Of a stretch of DNA of 64,000 bases, positions 53,401-64,000 are shown in pieces. The notes under the pieces are model-generated. The model searched no databases. It had not been told where the DNA came from and was given only the letters and a program-made list of their open reading frames with translations. Source of the stretch: Octopus vulgaris. Lineage: Eukaryota. The position numbers were made by a program, and so were the translations under genes. The stretch's first letter is position 1; the number at the start of each line of letters is the position of its first letter. The stretch covers positions 163,122,001 to 163,186,000 of the forward strand of contig OX597815.1 in NCBI GenBank assembly GCA_951406725.2, written 5' to 3'.

Positions 53401-54957
53401 TCATGACCTTACAATCATGACCCAAATGCCCTTTCTACTAAGCCATGTGACTTCCTGAGTAAAATACTTTATTTTACATTGCTCCAAGTCATTCAGCTGT
53501 AAATGGACAACCCTGCAATGAACTGGCTTTCTGTTCAGGGTGGGGGAGCGTGTTGTCCTGCCCACCTAGTCTGCAGGGTGGTATCATTCGAAAGGTACAA
53601 CAATGTGAGGAAGTGCATTGTGATCAGAGGTATATAACAGCATCGAATTGTTTAGTTGATACAGTGATGCAGTGATATGCATATACATACAGCCTATTTG
53701 AAACTGTACGTGAGACTTTGATGTTTTCCTAATATTAAAAACCGAAGAAAAAATAAAGATATGAAAATGAACCACTCCAACCACCCCTTGTTCATCATCA
53801 TCATTGTCGTCGTCTTCGTCGTCGACATCATCATCGTTATCAACATCATCATCATCATCATCATCATCAACATCAACATCATCATCATCAAGGAAACTGA
53901 CGGAATGTATGTACGAATGAATGAATGAGTGGGTGAATCTTACAGGCATTAACATGAAGCGGGCAAACAAGAATTGTTTCTATCCTACATATTATTCCCT
54001 AACCTTTTTCCAGGCTTTGAAGAATGTGCACAAGGTCACGCCACAGTGCCAAATACCATATCAGGTAACAGCTCATAATTTCCTTTGTTTTGGAGCACTT
54101 GATCCAAGAACACTACTCCATTAATCTTTTCCTTTCTGCGGTTGTTATTGTTTTTTGCTGTTGACACTGAACTCCTTTTCATTGTTGTATGATATTCGTG
54201 TATTTCATGGCTTTGGCTCTTTCGTGCTAAAACATATGTTTATTGTATTTTTCTATTCTTTTTGATAACAGATTCTTTGTTTTTTTTTGTTGTTAGTTTT
54301 TTTTCTTCATTTTTTTTTTCTGTTATAATTTCTGAGTAGTCTTTAAACTCCATAAAATGATATATTATTTCTCAGCTATCAACGTATACTATTGATCATA
54401 TAATATGCATTATATTATATTATATCACATTATATTATATTATATAATGTTAATAATGTAATGTCATTCATCCACAGATTATATTTGCTTGGATGATATT
54501 AAATGATGAATATATACACACACACATGCATATACACTCATACATACACAAACACATATGCACATTTGCTGTGTTGTTTCTCATCATTTCAACCTGCTGT
54601 CTCTCACATTAAAATAATTACAATTATTGTTATCGAATGCTGTTTTATTTGTTGTGTTATATAATTCAGTGATAACACAGAATAAATCATTAACTGAAAT
54701 GTACTTAACGATATAAACACTGGTTATCATTAACTGATATTGCTGCCTCATATCAGTTTGTTTTAAGAGAGTAATGCTTTTGTTTTCCATTGGAGGTAAA
54801 TGTGTATTTTCAAAAACAGAGTAATTAGGTTCAATTCCTATCTGACATTCAAAGTACCCTCTTGCTGATTCAGTGTAAGGAAATATAACTGAAGATTTGA
54901 TGGAACATACATACATACATATATAGTCTGGGCCAAAAGTCACGCACCAGAACATTT

Positions 54958-54964
54958 GACATTA

Positions 54965-55035
<71 letters not shown>

Positions 55036-55052
55036 TACTATTATTATTATTA

Positions 55053-55092
<40 letters not shown>
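54958..55092. repeat. (TTA)n microsatellite
   Basis: Directly visible. Confidence 0.98.
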
Positions 55093-55321
55093 CTTAAAGG
55101 TGGTGGCAAACTGGCAGAATTGTTAGCAGGCTGGGCAAAATGCTTAGTGGTATTTCGTCTGTTGCAATGTTCTGAGATCAAATTCCGAAGAGGTTGACTT
55201 TGCCTTTCATCCTTTCAGGGGCGATTAATTAAGTACCAGTGAAACACTGGGGTCGATGTAATCGACTTATCCCCTCCCACCAAAATGACTGCCCTTGTGG
55301 CAAAATTTGAAACCATAATTG

Positions 55322-55773
55322 TTATTATTACCTCTACCTTATTGAAGGTGGAGGTATTGTTTTCAGTCGTATTTGTTTGTTTGTCCGTGGATAAGATATC
55401 TCAAGAACTGCTGGGTGGATTTGGATGAAACTTTCAGGGATGTCTGGCCTTGTGACTGACACAAACTGATTATATTTTGGGATTAATCTGGTACCGAACA
55501 AGGATTCTGGATTATTTTTCATGTTTTTTTTACTTTATCTTTGAGAGTGGTCAGGTTAACTTTTCATATTCTCGTTTGTGAGTGCAGTCAGGTTTATTTC
55601 AGATATTCTCTTTTTAAAAATCATCTCTGGCTAATCATTGAGAGGGGGTTGGTGTTGCCTTGGTGGAAGTTTGCGTTCTCTAAGTACTTTTGTTATTATT
55701 ATTATTGTTGTTATTATTATTGTTATTGTTGTTGTTGTTGTTGTTATTGTTATTATTATTATTATTATTATTA

Positions 55774-55814
<41 letters not shown>

Positions 55815-55985
55815 TCCACCTTAGCGTAGATGGAGGTATTGTTTTCAGTTGTGTTTGTTTTTTTGTCCGTGGATGGATTCAGATGAAACTCTCAATCATG
55901 TTTGGCCTCATGACTGGCATGAACTGATTAGATTTTAGGACCAATCTGGTACTGGACAGGGATTCTGGATTATTTGTTCTATTTA
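55322..55985 (+). mobile_element. Two Helentron-associated (DINE-1/HINE-like) non-autonomous elements (55322-55690, 55807-55985)
   Basis: TTATTACCTC(T/C)ACC...GGAGGTATTG sub-terminal inverted repeat, a TGTT repeat, and a 3' GGTGGAAGT..GCGTTCTCTAAGTACTTTT end. Confidence 0.55.
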
Positions 55986-56343
55986 CTTTACATGATTACG
56001 ATCTTACATTGACTTTCAAGTCTTCCTCAATTATCTCCCTTTAGGCTGTTTCTGAAGTTTTATTTTCAGTACTCTGTTATTAATTTTACTCGCGTCTGTA
56101 TCTTAGTAGAAACTGATGGATTAAAAAATCAAGCTACATAAACAAACGGCAGAAAAACCGTTCAGAAATTAAATAACATTAACATATTTTTATAATATAT
56201 ATATTATGTATTATAAGTTCAGCAAAAATTTAGATTCAAATGAATATGGTACTTAATTTAGATGCACCAGAATTTTGTATGGTGTTATCCATAAAAATTT
56301 GTGGGGTGATTATAATCAAAATAAGCAACAAGAATGACTCCGG

Positions 56344-56436
56344 TAATTTGGTACAATTGTTTCGCACTACATCATTTTATTAAATGTTGTAAGTATTGCA
56401 ACAGATTTAAGATGCTGTGTGCTCATCAGCCAATTA
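56344..56436 (-). ncRNA. Type I hammerhead ribozyme with an intact core
   Basis: TTGG-CTGATGA-GCAC...GTGC-GAA-ACAATTGT-A|CCAA. All core positions are present, with a GUA cleavage triplet. Confidence 0.75.
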
Positions 56437-56727
56437 TAGAGGTTTTCCATTAATACAAAAGTTTTCAAATCAAGTGGCAACATTATAGAGAAGGTAGATA
56501 TACAGACAAAGATGTAGATTTAAATTTTAAGAACATATGAGGTAGTGAAGTCCAACCACTGACTGACCAAGCTATGGCTGTACCTAACATAGCTTGGTCA
56601 GTCAGTGGTTGGACTTCACTACCTCATATGTTCTTAAAATTTAAATCTACATCTTTGTCTGTATATCTACCTTCTCTATAATGTTGCCACTTGATTTGAA
56701 AACTTTTGTATTAATGGAAAACCTCTA

Positions 56728-56820
56728 TAATTGGCTGATGAGTACTCAGCATCTTAAATATGTTGTAATACTTACAACATTTAATAAAATGATGTAGTGC
56801 GAAGCAATTGTACCAAATTA
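56728..56820 (+). ncRNA. Type I hammerhead mirror copy with GAAA changed to GAAG
   Basis: TTGG-CTGATGA-GTAC...GTGC-GAAG-CAATTGT-A|CCAA. Confidence 0.6.
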
Positions 56821-57214
56821 CCAGAGTCATTCTTCTTGCTTATTTTGATTATTATGTATTATATGTACATATTAAGACTTTTCAGTATACTTACATATAT
56901 ACATATATCTATCCATCGATCTAAAACAACAGGAATGCTAAAGGAAGGCCGGAATTTAAGTGAAGAGAAAACCAAAAGCTCTCATACTATTCATATAAAA
57001 TTTCCCGAGTAGAACCTATTATTACCTCTGCCTTTGAAACTATTTTGAATGGTGAGTTTGTTAACTTTGGCTTGTATTAGATAAACTATTTATTACTGTT
57101 ACTAAATTTTCTACAGCCTCCTACACATTCCATGACTAACAGTGAGATCGATCTGGTACTGGACAATTGGATTATTTTTCTGGGTTTTTTTACTTAATTT
57201 TTACTTAATTTCTT

Positions 57215-57990
57215 TCAAGTGCATATCTAACCCTGCCTCTATTCTTCTTTTCCACTGTGGATCTTTTGTCACTCCCATTATGTTTCTTTTTCTTCACACC
57301 AACACCCACGTTTTATGCTACAACAATACTTGCTGCTTTGATCAAATTATTTGTTTCTGTGGTGTTGTTTGTTCTGATGTATTTCAGAATTTCATTGACA
57401 TTTTTTTTGTTTCTTGACTCAATTTCCACTGATCAACTTTTTAATGTTGCAAATAATGTCACTATCGTTCTCCTGTAGTCTTGACTTTATTCTGGAGTAG
57501 ATTGCTTTTTGTTCATCTGTCATATCGCCATTACTTTTATTGTCTTCTTACAGATCATCTATATGTCTCTCATCAAGTAAACTACTACTGCTCCTTTCCT
57601 GTGCTATGAGATTACTCCTATTAGTAAGAACTATATTTTCATCATTTTCTCTGCTGCTATTTTCCGAGACATGTCTTTTGATAGCTTCAAGCTCTACTTC
57701 TGTGAACCAACGATTTTTTCTTATTGCTCTAGCTTGATCACATAATCTCTGTTCTGTGAGTTAAAATAATCCCTTTTCCCTCCAATGATCATACATATGT
57801 TGTCGGTAACCTCTAATTTGAGCACCATTTTACCAGGTTACTCAGGTAGTAACACTCCATGACCATAGCAGTAATTTGCTTGCTCCACCTACGCCGTGTG
57901 TGGTGGTCCCTTTCTGCATATCGACAGGCTGGAGCCGGACTAGAATCTCTGAGCCTGCCGAGTGCAACACTGTCACCATCAATGGCTTCA
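57215..57990 (-). mobile_element. Dong/R4-like LINE N-terminal fragment
   Basis: RRRWSKQITAMVMECYYLS...GYRQHMYDHWREKG...[28 protein letters not shown]. Frameshifted. Confidence 0.7.
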
Positions 57991-58645
57991 TTTTCATTAC
58001 CACCGTTATTCACAATATTTTGTTTTTTCATTATCACACATATGAGGTAGTGATTATCAGGTTGTGCAATTACGAGTGTTTTTATTGTGACACCATCACT
58101 AGATGTATCATTAATCAGCCCATGAGGAGGAGGCTTTACCTGTTTCCTTTCATTATTATTATTATCATCACTGATATTATTGTTTTTGTGTAGTAGCAGC
58201 AGTGGTTGCAGCAATAGTAACAGTAGCAGGGTGAGGGTAGTGGTAAGGGTGGTAGTTGGGCCTCATATTCCTGTGCTATCATAATAGTAGTAGTTTAGTA
58301 GTATTTAGTATTAGCAGCTGCAGTATATTATTTTTATTTTTTATGATTATCACCATCACCACCACTACCATTGTTGGTGGAGGAAATAGCTGGGAAGCAG
58401 TTTGGTGAATAACTCATATTCTACAGGTCTATAAATAGATTCGGCAGATGGTGGGGAAATCAGCCATAGAAACAAAAGAATCTTCGCACCCTTTGGGTCA
58501 GCAGAGGTCAAATGTGTATACTACTACTAGTGGCCACTGAGAGTGCTGCCTTGAAAAGAAGAATTTCAGCCTGTTCTATTTGAAATTACTGGAAGTAAAA
58601 ACAACAATATATATATATACACATACACACACACACACACACATG

Positions 58646-58677
<32 letters not shown>

Positions 58678-59072
58678 TATATATACTGATATTCATGTCA
58701 TTGAGTTTTTAAATTTCTGAATTTAATTGTGTTGTTACAATAAAAGGTGTATTTATGTATTTGGGTAATAGTTTAAAGTTTTTTTGATGTTCATTTGTCT
58801 GTCCGGTTGGAGAATACAGTAGGACTTTTGCAATGTAAAGGATGTTTACATTTTCCCATACTCAGGGAGAGTCAAAAAGAAAAGAAAACAAGTTGTAGAT
58901 AGTAAAGTTTTGAGATTTACTAAATATAGTCTTTTGTATGACTGCACAGAGAGAAATGGTAGTGTTCTTAGAATAAAAAGGGGGATGATGTTTACATTTT
59001 CAAATACTCAGGGAGAGAGAAAAGGATAAATATTCACACAATAGTTGTAGATATTAAAGGTTTATTATTACT

Positions 59073-59481
59073 CTCTTTTACTCTTTTACTTGTTTCAGTC
59101 ATTTGACTGCGGCCATGCTGGAGCACCGCCTTTAGTCGAGCAAATCGACCCCGGGACTTATTCTTTGTAAGCCCAGTACTTATTCTATCGGTCTCTTTTG
59201 CCGAACCACTAAGTGACGGGGACGTAAACACACCAGCATCGGTTGTCAAGCAATGCTAGGGGGACAAACACAGACACACAAACATATACACACACACTTA
59301 TATATATATACATATATACGACAGGCTTCTTTCAGTTTCCGTCTACCAAATCCACTCACAAGGCATTGGTCGGCCCGGGGCTATAGCAGAAGACACTTGC
59401 TTAAGATGCCACGCAGTGGGACTGAACCCGGAACCATGTGGTTGGTTAGCAAGCTACTTACCACACAGCCACTCCTGCGCC
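59073..59481 (-). mobile_element. Near-intact family B SINE
   Basis: Complete head to (GTAAAAGA)n tail with CpGs retained. Confidence 0.9.
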
Positions 59482-59515
<34 letters not shown>

Positions 59516-59689
59516 TACTTTTAATTGGCATGTTTCTTACAATCACTTGCTGAGACATACCCAAAGGATAAGAGCGGTTACAGTATAACTGAAAGCTTGG
59601 GGAAGGGAAGTAGTAGGGGGAAGTAGTAGGGGCAATAGTGAAATATTTTCATGTAATGCAACACAGATATTTAAATTGGTAGGGTTTTT

Positions 59690-60430
59690 CTAAAGATGTG
59701 GGCAGTAATTGATAGCACAATCTTTTGGATTTCTCTGAGACATAGTTCTCCTGGGATATTATCTAGATGTTTCTGACTACCCTTTCTTATCATACCTAGA
59801 GTACCCACAATAACAGGAACAGTTCTGGCTCTAAGATGCCACATCTTTTATATTTCAATTTCCAGGTCCTTATATTCACCTAATTTGTCAAATTTCTTTA
59901 AAGATATATTTTTATCAGTATTTTTAACACTTACATCTGTTAGTCTACAAGTATTTTCTTCCTTATCTTTAATGACTATGTCTGGTTGATTAGCATGGAT
60001 CATTTTGTCAGTGTTGACTGGAAAATCCCAGAGGATAGTGTCATTTTTACCTTCATCGACTGGTTCAGGATTATGTTCATACCAGTAAGCAGGAGAGCTG
60101 ATTTTGTAGCATTTACAAATTTTCCAATGTAAATACTGTTCTATCCTATCGTAGCAATTTTTGTATTCGTTTGGTGTCAACACAGGACATCCCGAGACGA
60201 GCTGATCTATTGTTTCAATCAAATATGTCGCAGAATCTGCATTTAAGGTCAGAACTATTTTGAAGAACGTTAGCCTGGTAGTTTTTGGTAAGCAAGCTTT
60301 GATCTTGTGCCACTAATATGAAACCTTCAGTCTCTTCTTTCAGTCCTAAGCTTCTCAGCCACTGATGGGTTGTTGCTTGGTCTACATCAGCATTTAAGCT
60401 TCAAAGTATAAACTGTCTATACAGAGGCTT
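59690..60430 (-). mobile_element. Dong/R4-like LINE 3' fragment
   Basis: ETIDQLVSGCPVL...YLHWKICK...WYEHNP...ILWDFPVNTDKMIHANQPDIVIKDK...KYKDLEIEI-like motif. Confidence 0.88.
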
Positions 60431-60622
60431 CAGGCTTTATTATTATTACTACTACTACTACTATTATTATTATCATCATCATCATCATTATTATTATTGT
60501 TGTTATTGTTGTTGTTGTTGTGAAAGACTCCCAAATAGTTCCTAATTACCTGTTATTCTTTACTTGAAAGTAAGCAACAACAAATCACCAAAGGTTTCAA
60601 GTAGTGCCTTCTCCTGTGACTA

Positions 60623-60674
<52 letters not shown>

Positions 60675-61920
60675 CATCATTATTATTATTTATTTTGTTC
60701 ATCATGTACAAATACATACGTATTCTTTATTATTTTATTCGTTTCTACTCAATTTTAGAAAAATTGAAGAATATCTTTAACAATTCCGGAGTGTATTGAA
60801 CCTAACTTGTGCATGACTTTTAGCCTACACTGTATGTGTATATATATATACATGTATGTATGTATGTATGTATGTATATATGTATACACACACATATATA
60901 CACACATACAGAGAGATAGATATACATACATATATGCATATACATGCATGCATACACACATACATACCTACATACATATAATACATATATATATAATTAG
61001 TTATTTACGCAAACCTTATTTATATATTTAGGTTTAGCAACCATCACTCAGCTTTTAGAAAGCTACTGTTTCATTCTGCATCCCTTCAGTCTTTGAAATA
61101 TTAATTGCATATTGATGTCTCCGTTTGATCTCAGAGAAAGCCAGTAGCAATTTTAGCATCAGGTGTTGCTTCTAAATTGGCCGCACTTGTGTTAAAGGCT
61201 AGTAAACTGAAATATTTTTGGTTAACTTAGAAGATAAGTTTTATGATGCTTGATTTTAATATTGTTGCATCGGAATTGTTGTTTCCACTAAAGGCTTTCT
61301 AATCATAAAAACCGCATTTTGTTTTGCTTTCATTTGCACCACTGAAGTATGTGTGTTTAATAGTAAATTCATTGATGAAATAACTCGCAAATAATGAATT
61401 TATTACAAACGCCTTTGAGCAATTAGTACGCTATCAGTCGTAGCCAAACCGAATTATGATCAAATGCATGTAATATAAATGATAACAGCCATGATAATAA
61501 TTCAAAGTGAAGAACTTGTATGATGCAATTCTACAAACTCTTCTCTGGTTACTGAATCCCTCCTACTGTCAACTAGATAAACTGCAATATATGGTTACAA
61601 ATAATGTAAGATCAATGACCAACAATGCAATACCAAACAACACTGCAGTCAATTCTGAATGGTGAATAACGTATCACAAGTTCAATACAAGCTGTATGAA
61701 GATAATGATGTGGAGGTGAAAGAAAAGACGGATAAATAGGAATTGTGGCAGCAATTATCTTGGGAATAAGAAATCAGTTAAGAGAGAGAGTATGTAGATA
61801 ACTAAATAGTAAATTTGTCTTTCATGCTTTTAAATATCTCTGATATCTGTGATGGGACGGACATTTTATTCTATGGAAAACCATGTTGCTAAAATTACCT
61901 ACAGACGCGAATGCATACAT

Positions 61921-63214
61921 GTGAAGGTTGGGTGAAAAGTTCATAGGCTGATGAAGATAGTTTCATGGAATATGACCAAATGAGATTTGTTTTTCAACAT
62001 TGTCCATCTTGTGGTCCGCACAGTTGTTCCATGTGTTGTAGTGCTTGGATCCCATTGGTGAAGAAGCTTTCGTCCTCTTGGTTAAAAAAGTCACCAACAG
62101 CAGATATGACATCGTCATTACTGCAATATTGGTTCCCAGCCAAATGTTTTTTTATGTTGGGGAACAGATGATAGTCAGATGGAACCAAATCAGGAGAATG
62201 GGGAGGCTGTTTAACCAATTCAAATACAAACTCGCATACAGTAGCCATTGAAACCAAGAATCTGTGTGCTGGTGCATTGACCTGATGAAACAAGACCCCT
62301 TTTGTCAGTTTTCCTGGGCATTTGGTCTTGATAGCTTTTCATAACCGCCTCAGCAAGTTGGCATAGTTTTCTCCATTGTTGGTGTGGTCCTTTTGAAGAT
62401 AGTTACTAAACACAATGCCTTTTGCATCCCAAAAATCTAAGGCCATCACCTTCCCTGCAGATGAAACAACCTTGGCCTTCTTTGGAGCTGGTGAGGAGGG
62501 TGTTTCAACTGCATGGATCATCTCTCTGTCTCTGGCTCAAAGTGATGAACCAAACATTCATCCTGGGTTAGGGAGCATTCAAGGGAACCAGCTGGATCCG
62601 ACTCAAACGATGTCAGATTTTCCCATGATTTGATCAGTCTGGTACACTTTTGATCAAGTGTCAGAAGACATGACACCCAGCAAGCAGAAACCGTTGTCAT
62701 GCCAAATTCGTTGTACAGAATATTCTCAACTCTATCACAGCATATGTTAATAGCATTGACCATTTGATTTACTGTCAATCAGCTGTCAACCATCAGCATG
62801 TGGTGAACACAATGTTTTCTTCAGTGGTGGCATTTGCAGGATATCCAGACCTTAGTTCATCTTCAAGACTCTCCATTTCCTCTCCTAAGTTCAATTGCCC
62901 ACTTTTGCACTTTTGATAAAGCTGGGGCATCATCCCCTAATGGAGCAACCATGTCAGCATGAATGTCCTTGGGGATTAAACCAATTTTCTATCAGCATTT
63001 GATAATGCAATGATGCCGAAATTTGTCCATTTTCAACAGAAGTTGCTACTAGTTACTTTTGAAGTCTTCTTTGAAAAGTCAGAGGTTAATTTATCTGGAA
63101 AGAAACAATGCAGTTATTCATAAGAAGGGTTGAAATTAATGCATCATACAATATTTCACAGCTCTAGCATCACACCTTCATAGTCAGCCAATGAACTTTT
63201 TCAGTACACCCCTT
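61921..63214 (-). mobile_element. Full-length degenerate mariner (irritans/Hsmar2-like), about 1.3 kb
   Basis: WVSCLLT, TQDECLVHHFEPET, KKAKVVSSAGKVMA..FWDAKGI, FHQVNAPAH, PPHSPDLVPSDYHLF. TIR-like TGAAAAGTTCATAGGCTGA and TCAGCCAATGAACTTTTTCA. Confidence 0.92.
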
Positions 63215-63747
63215 ATACACACAAAGATACAAACAAAATATGTAATATATACGTGTTAAGTTTGACTGGTCGCTGCTGTTGCTGCTGCTGCCATCTGCAG
63301 TTGTTTTCAGCAGTAGAGGCAGAGAGAAAGAGGGCTTGCTAAGAAATAGAAAAGGGGGAGAAATTTCCCTCGAGGAGAGAGAACTGCTGAGATTTTATTT
63401 TTATTTTTTTATACACTTATTTTATTATGCGAGTGGATATTAGTATATAATTCATTGTTTTTTGGGGTTTTTTTTTTCTTACTGTCCTAGTAGAGGCAGA
63501 TAAATTTATTTCACTCTGATTTGGAGCTTGTCAATGCACCACAACTTGGGATAAACCTACATGGTCATATAAAACATTTAGGAACTATATCATTGATCGA
63601 CTTTCTTTTCTTTATAGTGGAGAAAAGAGGTAATACAATATATAACTCTCTGTGTGTTGTACTTAACATGAATACATCATGAAAGGCAAATTTACAGTAG
63701 TATTTGTCCAAAGATAATATCTCTATAAATGTGATGTGCTCAAAAAC

Positions 63748-63750
<3 letters not shown>

Positions 63751-63802
<52 letters not shown>
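63751..63802. repeat. (TA)n microsatellite
   Basis: Directly visible. Confidence 0.98.
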
Positions 63803-63807
<5 letters not shown>

Positions 63808-64000
63808 CATAGACAGACAAAAATCTCCAAGCAGCTGCTAGTGAAAAGGCTAGATACATTTCTGCTGTCTACCAAATTTGTGCCAAGCCAAAATTTGTCA
63901 CCACTGATGCAGGAAACATTGGAGTGTCAGAAAAGAAAATGCCTTGCAGTTTTTGTTCCAGTTCTTTGCATTCTGTGTTCAACTCCTGCTGAGGTCAGGC

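Larger units (their letters stand above)
56216..56849. mobile_element. Foldback insertion of Penelope pseudo-LTR type with a 14-bp TSD
   Basis: TATTATGTATTATA at 56202-56215 and 56850-56863. Contains the inverted repeat and two hammerhead motifs. Confidence 0.7.
56312..56852. repeat. Long inverted repeat with 265-bp arms and an 11-nt loop
   Basis: 56312-56576 pairs with 56588-56852 without indels. Seven mismatches counted by eye. Confidence 0.97.

Noticed and set aside
56538-56546. TGAGGTAGT (let-7-like 5' end) inside the hairpin
   Set aside because: Only 9 nt match, the rest is unrelated to let-7, and the same 9-mer occurs near 2865 and 58043.
56933-57057. Exon ending at the ATG|gtgagt donor
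   Set aside because: All frames from the obvious acceptor contain stops, and the alternative acceptor is weak.
58841-59020. ~30-bp direct repeat GATGTTTACATTTTC..ATACTCAGGGAGAG, also short duplications at 44550-45010
   Set aside because: Simple local duplications with no further structure.

Overview
AT-rich, repeat-dense eukaryotic genomic DNA, most likely from an octopus (inferred from the SINE families and the extreme (TA)n/(CAT)n/(TAA)n load; not provable from this window). Most ORFs in the supplied track are microsatellite or SINE artefacts. Host content: three phase-compatible + strand exons (6534-6714, 11395-11616, 17931-~18222) of an unnamed gene, and a tentative second small + strand gene (34230-34270, 48209-48386, 52613-52635) downstream of RFX X-box-like motifs near 27 kb. 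The rest is decayed mobile DNA: HERO, Dong/R4, RTE and CR1/L2-like LINEs, Penelope-like elements, mariner/Tc1, piggyBac-, hAT- and pogo-type MITEs, Helitron/Helentron-like elements and several SINE families. The most interesting signals are candidate self-cleaving ribozymes in small retro-elements: (i) a TSD-flanked foldback insertion (56216-56849) with 265-bp arms, each carrying a type I hammerhead; (ii) two copies of a ~190-bp retroposon starting with an HDV-like fold (45024-45216, 50562-50752); (iii) a Penelope 3' end combining a tRNA-like head with a hammerhead (1193-1373); (iv) a CUGUCGA-variant hammerhead (39030-39066). All folds and alignments were made by eye. Repeat boundaries are approximate.
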